This document shows, one piece after another, positions 40,369 through 52,202 of a DNA stretch of 64,000 bases. Position 1 is the first letter of the stretch. The number at the start of each line of letters is the position of its first letter. Both the position numbers and the translations under genes were made by a program. The DNA is from Octopus bimaculoides (lineage: Eukaryota), in contig NC_068981.1 in assembly GCF_001194135.2 (NCBI RefSeq), positions 170,708,256 through 170,772,255 of the forward strand, read 5' to 3'. Under the pieces are notes generated by a model. That model saw only the letters and a list, made by a program, of their open reading frames with translations, was not told the origin of the DNA and did not search any database.

Positions 40369-41413
40369 TAAGACTATTCTGCAGAGACCTGAATAAGTGG
40401 AAATCCGAAGGAACAATATTTGGTGAATATGGAGGGTGGGGTAACACATCCCAGCCGAGCTGAAGCAATTTTTCTCTGGTTCCCCCAAAACGTTCGGTCT
40501 TGCATTATCATGTTGGAAACCAACACACTTCCTGTTGGCCAATTCTGGACGTTGCTCTTGAATTGCTGATTTTAACTCATTTGTGTGCAGTATTTCTCAG
40601 AATTAATTGTCTGGTTACTTGGGAGAAGCTCATAGTACAGAATTCCTTTCCAATCCCACAAAGCAAGACTTTTTAGGGTGAAGACACGCTTTTGGGGTGG
40701 CTAAAGGTGGCTCATGTCGCTTACTCCAGGATTGATTTCTCTGAACATTTCGGTAGACAATCCATTTCTCATCACCTATCACAATTTGCTTTGAAAAAGG
40801 TGCGTTTACATTCCGTTTATAAAGCAAATCACAGATGGAAATGCGATCCAAAATGTTCTTCTCACTCAACTCACGTGGTACCCAAACATCTTAGTGATTT
40901 GCGTACCCAAGCTTTACCAGGTGCTCATGACTGACGGATTTTGATAGGTTGAGGCTTTCTGCCAATTCTCGGTTTGTGCAATATGGGTCATTCTCAATTA
41001 ATGACTTGATTTGGTCATCATCTGTAGTGGATGGTCTGCCTGATCGCTCTTTATCAATAAGGCTACAATCTCCAGCTCGGAACCTTGCGAACCACTTCCG
41101 TACAGTTCTTTCGGATTAAGAAACATCACCGTAAACTGCGCATATTTCTTTTGGATACTTGTGAGGTATTTTTCCCCTTTACGGGAAAAGAAAAGCATCA
41201 AGTGCCGAAAATGAAGTTTCTTATCTTCCATGTTAAAGCGTTACAGAATTAATACAGTTTATAGGAACATAAACCTTCTTCCAGGAAAGGATAGCTTAAA
41301 CTGTCCTCTAAATGGAAGTGCAGTCAAATCCTATTTTATGGACTCAACCATGTTCTAAAATAAGTCGAAAGGTAAGCTACTATCAATTGGCACAAACTTT
41401 CCGGTCAACCCAA
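40369..41413 (-). mobile_element. Mariner transposon remnant (3' end lost in gap)
   Basis: TA-flanked TIR TTGGGTTGACCGGAAAGTTTGTGCCAA; MEDKKLHFRHLMLF, IVIGDEKWIVY, QHDNARP, WDVLPHPPYSPNIVPSDFHLFRSLQN. Confidence 0.9.
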
Positions 41414-41608
41414 TATATATAACAAATATTTTGAAAATGCGATCTACGCCTAAACACTGATACATATATTTCTCTTGAAGCGTAGCTATACACGAATATA
41501 TATAAATATCGTTTTAGACAGAAGGATAAATATCTGAGTGAGAAACAGTTGTTATTGCGATTTAATATGTACATATTTAGTCTTCTGATTTTTTTTTTAT
41601 TCACTTTA

Positions 41609-41682
41609 AGTTTCATACCGTAGATAGTTTCATACCGTAGATAGTTTCATACCGTAGATAGTTTCATACCGTAGATAGTTTC
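41609..41682. repeat. 17-bp minisatellite, 4 perfect copies (AGTTTCATACCGTAGAT)
   Basis: Direct inspection; no spacers. Confidence 0.9.
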
Positions 41683-43384
41683 TCTTAATATTTCTTTTCT
41701 TAATATTTCTTTCTATTATATGGGTAAATTTGAAAACAATTCAATAACTAGGTTAATGTGAATCTATAAGTCGTTCCCTTTTTACATATTATTACTCTGA
41801 CTTGTATTTATAGAAGCATCACCAGATAAAAATTGTTAATTATAACTCAGGTACCTTTGGAAGATAATTATACGGTGCTGCGATTTGCATATCACTTCAG
41901 ATGGTTTGTCATCTGACAATTTATTGCCAAATCGGAGATCTATATCAATTTGTGTTAATGCTATTTGAGTGCTTCATTCTAAATAATGAATTAATTTTAT
42001 ACTGATGATGAGAGTAAGAAATGCACTCTAGTTTTGCAGTCTGTGATATTGTCTTTTATTTCGTGTGTGGAATATATTCTTTCTACGGAGATTTTAGAAA
42101 CATTTGCGAAGATATTTTTTACTTAAGGCTAAAATGAACAATGACGTTTTACGATAAATGCCTTTTCTTTTCCTTGCCTTCGTTTTCTTGTCTTCTTTTT
42201 CTTTTCTTTGCCTTCGTAATTACACTCCATGTGTAGAGAATGCAGACTATTAAGTATTTTTTCTGCACAAAGATCGGCGTGTGAGAGAGACTCCAGTGCT
42301 ATGACATAGAGGAACTTGCGCCACTTGGACATTTCAGTCAGCACGTAAGTGTCGTTAGGAGTACTAATGAGCTATATCATTACGGGCGTTACAGAGAAAT
42401 ATTCTTATTTCACTATCATCACCGCAGAGTCGTCATATTACAAATATGTCTGTGATCTCATTACAAGCATTTCAAACTGAGTAGCGTCATTAAGAACAAA
42501 ACCCATCTGTGTCATTACAGACAACTTTGAAATATTTTATTGCAAGGGAAACCGAGTATTACCATCAAAAAGTTGTATTGTGTATTACAATCAACACTCA
42601 CCTGCCTCATTAAATACATCGCTGATGTACTTCATTATAACCAGTATTGAGTGACATTACTATTACCGAGCTGTGTCTATACAAATGACTCTTATTTGAT
42701 ACAATGCATCGAACATTAAGCTGCTATTCATTATTACAACCATGAATTAGATGCTCCTATAGGAAATACTATCTCCTGTCGAATATCACAGAGAAGTTTG
42801 ACTCCCACGATGATTTTACATTAAGGATGATCCATAAATGGCTATTTTAATATGCTACGTCATTTGTGTATAATGCATTTTTACTGAGCTGCACGCCTAT
42901 ACGCAACGGCAGCAACTATTTTCTGCTGAATACAAACGTGGTGATGGATTTTATCTCTGCATGTTAGCAGTAAACGTTAATGATAGTACCTCACGAGACA
43001 GTGATGTATCTAAAAATCCCATCTACTTATAGATATTTTAATGTATAGCTACGCACGTTTCCACGACTCCATGTTTCTTACGATCGTAGTCCTGGGATGA
43101 TCCACAAAATAAATGTACCTCCCTCTGAGATACACATATTTTGTTTTTATGCAAAGTGCGTCCATAGGTGATACTATTTGCAAACGAACCCCACCTTAAT
43201 TATAGCCTACCACAATCTAAGCATATTTTAATCTAAAATGGATGCTCTTGCATGTAATGGATATGTATTAAAACACCTATCTCCCTCGAATTTATTTATG
43301 AAACACGATTTCTTATTAAAATGAAGGATACTCAATACGTTACAGTACAGTTCATATTTCATAACTTTATAAGAAGAAGTTGTC

Positions 43385-43640
43385 GGGCACGACAAAGTTT
43401 TGGTTTCTTCACCTTCATCAGAGAGATGTTTATTCGGGTTTATATAGTCGTTTAGTAAGGTGTCTTTTTGTAAGCGTAGCAATGTAAATGGTATTTAGGT
43501 GGAGCGTCTGTTTACTGACGAAGGAGTTGTGTGGAGAGTGAGGGTTTGGGAGGTTATTTGAAAAGTATGTGCTTGTCCGATGTAGGGTGAAAGACAGTTA
43601 AGATTAGGGCATATATTTTCGTCTGATGTATAAATTTGGA
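43385..43640 (-). mobile_element. Penelope-like GIY-YIG C-terminus followed by decayed hammerhead motif
   Basis: ICPNLNCLSPYIGQ (43573-43611), then LRLQKDTLLNDYINPNKHL (typical R..E..I..P.LN end), then CTGATGA-A-GGT-GAAGAA-ACC-AAAAC-TTT-GTC. Confidence 0.55.
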
Positions 43641-44154
43641 CATTCATTACGCTTCAGTCACTTTTTGAATTAAAGATGGAAATAATGTAAATAAATGTGT
43701 CAAGTCCAGCTCCTGACATTCTGTGGGTGAGAAGTTGTCTTGTGTTTGAAGGTTCAAAAACGAATGTTTCTACATAAGTCAGATGCTCACACAGAACAGG
43801 TCACAATGGGATTAAATGGGTGTAGAGTCCTTCATTTTCTATGAATTTTAAATTGGGTCCATGTGGAAGGTGAGGATTCAAAAGGCTACCTTATTATCAA
43901 TAATTATTAGGTTTTCCGGTCTGCTGAAAGCGTTGTATTTATATTTACACATTATTATAGACAATACTATAATATTAATATATTACTTTGACGGTAAGAA
44001 ACAATGGAAGACACTTTGACATCTCTAGCCTACGCACTTCTACAGAAAGTAATTAGGAAAGAAAAATATGGAGAAAAGTAAAGTGGAGAATTTTGCATTA
44101 GTTGTTACGAGAACACAATGGGATAACCTGTAATACATTCTAAGTATATGTGTT

Positions 44155-44209
44155 CATGTCTATGTGTACATGTCTATGTGTACATGTCTATGTGTACATG
44201 TCTATGTGT
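44155..44209. repeat. 14-bp minisatellite, about 4 copies (CATGTCTATGTGTA)
   Basis: Direct inspection. Confidence 0.85.
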
Positions 44210-44254
44210 TTATACACATGCGTGTGAGCGTGATAACGTAAATATATTCTTTAC

Positions 44255-44345
44255 TTTTCCTTTTTATTCTTTTATTTGTTTCAGTCATTTGACTGCGACC
44301 ATGCTAGAGAACCACCTTTAGTGGAACAAATTGACCCCAGGACTT
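44255..44345 (-). mobile_element. SINE family A 3' tail
   Basis: TTTGTTTCAGTCATTTGACTGCGACCATGCTAGAGAACCACCTTTAGTGGAACAAATTGACCCCAGGACTTA matches the family A tail. Confidence 0.75.
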
Positions 44346-44373
44346 ACACCCAGTTCGATGCCAGGGTGTGACG

Positions 44374-44440
<67 letters not shown>

Positions 44441-44507
44441 TAACAACAATAATAATAATGATAGAAGAGTATTGTGGGTCGCTTGAAGCATTGTGTATGG
44501 TTGGTAA

Positions 44508-44827
44508 AGAATAAAAAGTTTTGAATGGTATAACAATGCACTATAATACAAAAAATGGACTATATACCTGTTGTAATTTAGTTATCCATAGTCCTATGAT
44601 ATTTCCGAATAAAATTCCTTCTTCAGATATTTTTAGATGGAGTCGCTGCTATAATCGGTTTATGCCGTTGGAAAACCGATTATAGCAGCGACTCCATCTA
44701 AGAATATCTGAAGAAGGAATTTTATTCCGAAATATCATAGGACTATGGATAACTAAATTACAACAGGTATATAGTCCATTTTTTGTAGTATAGTGCATTG
44801 TTGTACCATTCAAACCTTTTTTATTCT
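44508..44827. repeat. Near-perfect ~154-bp-arm inverted repeat (11-nt loop) carrying a hammerhead-like core
   Basis: Arms 44508-44661 and 44673-44827 differ by about five substitutions and one indel by eye. Loop ATGCCGTTGGA. (AAT)n tracts on both outer sides. Confidence 0.92.
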
Positions 44828-44872
44828 ATAATAATAATAATGATAATAATAATAATAATAATAATAATAAAA

Positions 44873-45200
44873 TTAAGGCAAATAGACCAGATATAGTTGT
44901 CAAAGATCATGAAGGAAAAAAATGCCTTCTAATTGATGTTTCAATACCAGCAGATGACAACGTTTCTGTAAAAGAAATGGAAAAACTNNNNNNNNNNNNN
45001 NNNNNNNNNNNNNNNNNNNNNNNNNNNNNNNNNNNNNNNNNNNNNNNNNNNNNNNNNNNNNNNNNNNNNNNNNNNNNNNNNNNNNNNNNNNNNNNNNNNN
45101 NNNNNNNNNNNNNNNNNNNNNNNNNNNNNNNNNNNNNNNNNNNNNNNNNNNNNNNNNNNNNNNNNNNNNNNNNNNNNNNNNNNNNATAAAAATAAAACTA

Positions 45201-45230
<30 letters not shown>
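44873..45230 (+). mobile_element. Second RLE-LINE subfamily: endonuclease fragment and 3' end with (AAT)n tail
   Basis: IKANRPDIVVKDHEGKKCLLIDVSIPADDNVSVKEMEK, then a gap, then TAAAAATAAAACTACTGAATAATAAT... Confidence 0.75.
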
Positions 45231-45269
<39 letters not shown>

Positions 45270-45287
45270 AAGAAGAAGAAGAAGAAG

Positions 45288-45332
<45 letters not shown>

Positions 45333-45398
45333 AGGAACAAGAACAAGAACAAGAACAAGAACAAGAACAAGAAGAACAAGTACAAGAACAAGAACAAG

Positions 45399-45433
<35 letters not shown>

Positions 45434-45512
45434 GGACAAGAACAAGAACAAGAGCAAGAACAAGATAGAAAATATCTCAGAAATGAGAACCCAGGTTCGA
45501 AATTTCCCCTAA

Positions 45513-45558
45513 GACACCTGATGAAGGCTGGAGGGTATATCAGCCGAAACGTTGTGTT
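45513..45558 (+). ncRNA. Minimal type I hammerhead ribozyme motif
   Basis: Helix I GACAC/GTGTT; CTGATGA 45518-45524; helix II GGCTG/CAGCC; GAAA 45546-45549; palindromic AACGTT instead of helix III; predicted GUU cleavage after 45553. Confidence 0.7.
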
Positions 45559-45639
45559 TAACAAAAAACAAGATGAGGACAAATATCAGTCAAATGTAAA
45601 TAATGCAAATAATGTCACTTTTATAAGCCAAGTACTTAT

Positions 45640-45720
45640 TCAATCGGTTCCTTTTTGCCGAACAGCTAAGTTATGGGGCGTGACCTTACAAGCATCGGTT
45701 GTCAAGCGATGGTGGGAGGA

Positions 45721-45783
<63 letters not shown>

Positions 45784-45836
45784 TTATATATAGGACTGCC
45801 TTCTTTAAGTTTCCGTCAACCATATTCACTTACAAG
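45640..45836 (-). mobile_element. SINE family A middle with (CA)n
   Basis: TTTTGCCGAACAGCTAAGTTATGGGGCGTG...ATCGGTTGTCAAGCGATGGTGGGAGGACAAACAC...TTCTTTAAGTTTCCGTC. Confidence 0.7.
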
Positions 45837-46380
45837 ATATATGTGTGTGTGTGTATGTGTGTGTGTTTGTGCGTGTGTGTTTGTGCGTGTGTGTGTGTGT
45901 GTGTGTGTGTAGTGGTTTATGTAGCCAAATAGTTGGATGATATCCCTTGCCAGAAGGATTATAGAGTAACCTCCCTTTACTAAGTTTCTCGAAACATCTG
46001 TCTCATGAGACCCGATTCTTAATTATTCAAGAAATTTAGCGTTTTACTTGGAATTTTCTAGAATGTCGAGCGTTCCGTTAATAAAACCAGCTTGCTAATC
46101 CTGCACATCGCTTCTTATTCGATTAGACTTAGACCCATTCACATCATTGCTATATCAGTCTCTTTCTCTACGTCACATGAGTAAAAACCATCACTTAGCT
46201 GTTATTTATATATTTCCTATCTCTGAACATTCTAGATTCTACATTTTGAACCTATGTATCATCATCGACCAGTATATAAAATATATTTTTCTTTGATAAA
46301 TATATAGTTCTTCATCTCTTTATGAACTATTGTAATAAAATACACGCAGCCACATTAACACTTTGTACCAACTATATATT

Positions 46381-46437
<57 letters not shown>

Positions 46438-46819
46438 NNNNNNNNNNNNNNNNNNNNNNNNNNNNNNNNNNNNNNNNNNNNNNNNNNNNNNNNNNNNNNN
46501 NNNNNNNNNNNNNNNNNNNNNNNNNNNNNNNNNNNNNNNNNNNNNNNNNNNNNNNNNNNNNNNNNNNNNNNNNNNNNNNNNNNNNNNNNNNNNNNNNNNN
46601 NNNNNNNNNNNNNNNNNNNNNNNNNNNNNNNNNNNNNNNNNNNNNNNNNNNNNNNNNNNNNNNNNNNNNNNNNNNNNNNNNNNNNNNNNNNNNNNNNNNN
46701 NNNNNNNNNNNNNNNNNNNNNNNNNNNNNNNNNNNNNNNNNNNNNNNNNNNNNNNNNNNNNNNNNNNNNNNNNNNNNNNNNNNNNNNNNNNNNNNNNNNN
46801 NNNNNNNNNNNNNNNNNNN

Positions 46820-46870
<51 letters not shown>

Positions 46871-47084
46871 GTATGTATGAATATTTGTATGTATATATGT
46901 ATGTATATAAACACATAATAATAGAAGCGGAACGTGAAATTCTAAGTAGCAGCTTTTTGTGATATTTTTGTGAATTTTTTGCTGTATTAATTATAAAGCA
47001 TACTACTCTACCACCCGTATTCGAGTATTAGTTTTTCCCATCTTGTTTAACATTTATGTTCCTATATATATATATATATATTCA

Positions 47085-47520
47085 TACAGCGTGCGATAGG
47101 TAAATGGTTACCATATTACTGTTATTATTTCAAGCATGCATATAGTTTGTTTTTGATTTTGTCGACAACACAGTATATTAGGATCAGCTGGGCACCGCCT
47201 GTGATGAAAACAGCACCATGATGCGATACACTCGGCCCAAAATATGGAAATGACACGTTGTATTGCTTGGCATTCGCGCCAGAAGCTCTGATAGGAACAT
47301 TTCAGAGTGTTTGGGTGTCAAGCTGAAGACAGTGCAATTTGAAGACATGTACCTAGAGTGATAAAAATGAAACATCTATTCAGCCACTTGGCATTTGGTG
47401 TGACCACGAGCGATGGCGACGCTATGCCTACATTCATCACCCATACAGTCTCAGACTCAACACCGTGGCTTACATCGCGTGCCTGGTGCAGGTTGTACTG
47501 CTCTGTGTCAAGAAGGTAGC
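47085..47520 (+). mobile_element. DD37D-like non-autonomous element, same family as 14925-15625
   Basis: TTTGTTTTTGATTTTGTCGACAACACAGTATATTAGGATCAGCTGGGCACCG...AACAGCACCATG...GGTGTCAAGCTGAAGACAGTGCA..CATGTACCTAGAGTGATAAAAAT matches the reverse complement of the 15.3-15.6 kb copy. Confidence 0.75.
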
Positions 47521-47594
47521 TAGATAGATAAATTTATTGACACCCCACCTCCCAGCTATATATTATACATCCACTTTTATATTACTCCTTGTAT

Positions 47595-47982
47595 GTTGTT
47601 GGCACTCCGACGCTTACGACGTCGAGGGTTGCAGTTGATCCGATTAACGGAACAGCCTGCTCGTGAAATTAACGTGCAAGTGGCTGAGCACTCCACAGAC
47701 ACGCGTACCCTTAACGTAGTTCTCGGGGATATTCAGCGTGACACAGTGTGACAAGGCTGACCCTTTGAATTACATGCACAACAGAAACAGGAAGTAAGAG
47801 TGAGAGAAATTTGTGGTGAAAGAGTACAGCAGGGTTCGCTACCATCCCCTGCCGGAGCCTCGTGGAGCTTTAGGTGTTTTCGCTCAATAAACACTCACAA
47901 CGCCCGGTCTGGGAATCGAAACCGCGATCCTATGACCGCGAGTCCACTGCCCTAACCACTGCCCTAACCACTGCGCCTCCAC
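47595..47982 (-). mobile_element. tRNA-derived SINE, family C, full length with 11-bp TSD
   Basis: Head GTGGAGGCGCAGTGGTTAGGGCAGTGGTTAGGGCAGTGGACTCGCGG..., B box GGTTTCGATTCCC. TSD ACTCCTTGTAT at 47584-47594 and 47983-47993. Confidence 0.85.
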
Positions 47983-48079
47983 ACTCCTTGTATATAAGTT
48001 TTCCATTTTCCATGGGTTGTTTCCAGAGTATAGAATCTGAACTTTTTCATTTAAATCTGTATATTCTGGTTCGGTTCTG

Positions 48080-49850
48080 AGTAGACACTTTGTAACAATG
48101 TGATGGATTGTGTTTTATTCAAACTACCACATATTTTGCCGTCACTTTATTCATTTTACTTCAGAATACAGTCATGATATTTTTGATCGTCATCAAATTG
48201 TTCTTCATGTTAGCAGATTTGTATCTTAAGCTTCTCAGTGAGTAGTGCTTTTTTGCATTATAGTTTTCCGATTTACTCACTCCTAACGGCTATTTGACAA
48301 GTAAGGGAAATCTTTGCCAATAGCTTGGCAGGGCATAATGTTATTCTATTTCCTATTTAGGTTTTAGTTTCTCTATCCTCTTCATTAGTGTCTATTAACC
48401 TCAGCGTCTGTTTTATATTTGCTCGTTTCTTTGAAGTCATAGTTTTAGTTCTGTTCTATATGTTTTTGTTACATATTTCTCTTTATTGTTTACTTTACAT
48501 TTTTGAAACCCTCCTTACATGTATCAAAATAGCTTTCTAGTTGTCGAAGATCCTTACTTTGCTGTATACGTGATAAAAATATTCTTTCTGTATCAAGGCC
48601 TCTGTAACGAATTCTAAATGTAGTCATCATTTTTCTTATTTTCCTGTCTGGTCTTGCTAATTCACTTTGCATCCATTTCAAGTTATTATAACCATAACTT
48701 ATTACTCGGAGAGATAGGGTATTGATGCATATTATCTTCTTTCTGACATTTAGGTCTGTTTTAAGTATTAATCTAATGCGTCTGTAATATTCCTTCCTGA
48801 CCTTTTCATTTATGCGTGTGCTTCGAACTATGATTCGTTCATTAATTCCTAAGTATTTAGGAATGTGCATAGTTTTAATTCTCTTATTTGTTTCTTTGTC
48901 ATTTATGATAATAGTCGTTTTTAATAATAGGTCTCTCACTATAGCTACTTTCCCCTACTTTTCTAAAGTAGCATTCCTTAAAATTTCTCAAGTTAATTCG
49001 TGCACTCTGTGTTCAGTTGTGAATTATGAATATTGACAATGCGATTTACCTAAGATTCATGTAGTCATACAATGTTTCTCTCTGGACTATTATATAGATT
49101 TGATCCCTTAACAAAAGGATAAAAAGATGTAGATGGAATGTGTCCTTTCGTAAGTGAATTTCAAACAGGATACAGTTTGTTTTTAAATTTCTACTATAGT
49201 TTCGGCCTGCAGTGTTTGTTACTAATCGATAACATGCTTGCTGTACTGATTTTAACTGGTACCACCTTACAAATGTCTATACTTAACAGAAAATACGGAT
49301 AGAAATTACGGTCAGAAGTTCTCAAGTAGTAACTCTATAAATAAGGCTCAGCTATAATAATCATTATGCCATCTTTACAAGCAGAAGAGACTTTGCAACG
49401 TTGATGTCTTTCGTTTTCGAAAGAATGCGATTATCTATGGAATTACCTATGATATCCAATGTTGTTCTAGTTAAAGATTTCGATATTCTAGATATTCTAC
49501 ATCATATCTCCGTAGTGATCATAGTCTACAATTTTCTTAATTGTGGTTTCCCACTAATCTTATTGCCACTTCCGATTTACAACAAATATTTTTGCTTGCA
49601 TTTCTGTGCGTGATTTCTGAAATATTTCGGCCAAAAGTTTGAGATTTTACCGCTCTTCTTTATTTTACCTTTGTCCATTTCACTTGACATCTACACTAAA
49701 GCATGTTCTGCACTTACTGTTTTGAACCTTTTCGTATATAGCAATTTATCTCCAGTTCAAGCATTTTCTCAAAACTTGTCCACTTCTGTTGCTGTCGGCG
49801 CGGTATTGATTTATTTTGTTTTTAACGTTTTGGATGAAATGGTTTTATAA
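48080..49850 (-). mobile_element. R4/Dong-like RLE LINE, decayed RT, thumb and knuckle region
   Basis: PTATEVDKF*ENA* (P..EV..FW..W), PKYLGINE...KVRKEYYRRIRLILKTDLN...KIICINT...WMQSELARPDRKIRKMMT...DTERIFLSR (ORF 48490-48939), then a HHIVTKC-like knuckle near 48090. Confidence 0.8.
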
Positions 49851-50435
49851 TGTAGTGAAACATTTATCTTTGTTCAAAGAAATACTTTCGTATTTCAGAA
49901 CATTGAAATTTTCGCCTGCACGTGGTATAAGCGTGTATGTGTGCGTATATTCGTGAGTGCGTGTGTGTGTATGTGTGTATGCGTGTCTGTGTAACTGTGT
50001 CTATATGTGTGTGTACGTGTGTGTGTTTATGCGTGCATGTGAGTGTCTGTGTGCTTGTGTATATGTGTGTGTATATCTGATGCAGCGAATACATCTTCTT
50101 TTGAGCATTATTTGATTTCCAGAACCTTTCCTCTTTTGCTGTGTTGCATTTCTTGTACATATTATTTGATATGAGTTTGTTTTCTTTTTAAATTTCAATA
50201 TTTTTAAAATTTATAAGTTGCAGACAATTTTTTCATGTATATCTTCTGGATGTGTGCATACTTCTTTTCAGATTGAGTTTAGAAATGAGCAGTTCTAAAA
50301 GAATAACCGTTTTCGTTTGCAGTTATACCCATCGATATATAGATTATGTCATTTATCGTCGGAATAACCACAATCACAAGTTTTTCTGCGAGCTCAACTA
50401 TCAATTTATTTATGAGTGTATTTTATCGTTTAGCT

Positions 50436-50558
50436 CAAGGATGGGCAACTTTTCTCGAGAAAGGAGCCATCATGAAACGGGCCGCACTTCAAAAGAATTC
50501 AAGATATATTTGTTATGTGCACCGTTCAGAAAGCCCGGCCACAGTCTGTTTATCACTG
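50436..50558. mobile_element. Short hAT MITE
   Basis: Left TIR CAAGGATGGGCAAC, decayed right end GTCTGTTTATCACTG, internal GGGCCGCA; 8-bp TSD GTTTAGCT / GTTTAGGC. Confidence 0.55.
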
Positions 50559-51248
50559 GTTTAGGCTTATCATTTGGAGTATCAACCTTTTAACTATTGA
50601 GGTAAATACCTATTTATTGTACATTTTAATTATACCAGTATTTCGTTTATCATACTAAAAATCTTGTTATTTGAATTATTCTTGCATCTGTCATATGTTC
50701 ACCATTATTCACATTTTTGTATCTTTAAATCTAATATGTCTTTTGAGGGCCATCAAACTGAAAGTAAAAGTATGCTTGATTTTGTTATGTTATATTTTGC
50801 TTTTCATTTTGGGGAGCACGGAATATCTTATTAATCAGCATTTTCTCTATTTATAGCATGCGTTTTTAAAACGTGTTATTGACTCTCATTTTTATTATTA
50901 TTTATATTTTTCACGAACGTTCTTTATTTTTAGCATCCTGCCTCTGTCATATAAATGTTTGGTTTTGAGAATGTATCTTTATAAATTATTTAGTCTGCTG
51001 GGAGCCAAATATACATTCAAATGAGGGTGATCTTTTTTTAAGTAATATGTTAATTATTAGCTGTGAACAAGCTTATATTGTAGGAACTTATTTTTCATAA
51101 GTCCATATATTTTCTGACTTTCGACGTAACGACATTTTCATCGCGTACTTGCTCATCGCGTACTTGCTCATCGCCTTCTGGTGATGCGAAATTTGGTTCA
51201 TGCAGACACACGTACCTTCATACATGCGTATATATTTTTAAATATATA

Positions 51249-51339
<91 letters not shown>

Positions 51340-51340
51340 T

Positions 51341-51394
<54 letters not shown>

Positions 51395-52152
51395 GGGAGG
51401 GAGGGATTCGGGCGAGAAATGTAGTGAGACTGAAACAGAAAATTATTCGAAGACATAAGAGAAAGAAAATAATATAAAAGATTATCAGACAAAATCAACA
51501 AAAAAATTGTGAACACAAACATAAAACCAATTCATAAAACCAAAATAAATTCAAGAGTACAAAGTGATCAAAATATACAAATCCTAAAAAAAGGACAAAT
51601 ATCACATATACTAAATCAAGAAATAATAATAACAAAACAAAAAAATCCTACCTCACTATCAACAACAAAAATCAGTCTGTTTATTGACAATTCAAAAAAT
51701 TAATCTAGCTGTCTTAATAACAGATCCTTTAAGATTCAACAGAAATTGATAGATATCTTCTGTTATCGAACAAAGTCGTTGTCCTATTTAATTCATTGTA
51801 AGGTAAGTTATTACTATAAATGTGCATCTGATGTTATGTCAAGGACTGCTAGCAAAAACATTTTAAGAATATTCACATCAGGTACATAGTGAGCTCAATT
51901 TCTGAGAGAGAAATCAATATTAGATGTGACTAACATTTTTGGTCGTGGTAAAATAATTTGCAACTCTACGCAAGGAAACGCATACTTCACTTAAACATGC
52001 CCAATACACGAAATATATATGTGTGTGTGTATGTGTGTGTGAATATATATACGTATATACACATATAAATATATGTATATACATACATGTATATATACAC
52101 GTATCTAAACATATCCAGGCGTATGTAATATAGATAGATATATGTAGGTAGA

Positions 52153-52202
<50 letters not shown>

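Noticed and set aside
41609-41682. Short direct repeats as a possible CRISPR array
   Set aside because: The repeats are contiguous with no spacers, there are no cas genes, and the context is eukaryotic.
44346-44369. ACACCC-AGTTCGATGCCA-GGGTGT stem-loop resembling a tRNA T-arm
   Set aside because: The loop is too large and no D-arm, anticodon arm or acceptor stem is present.
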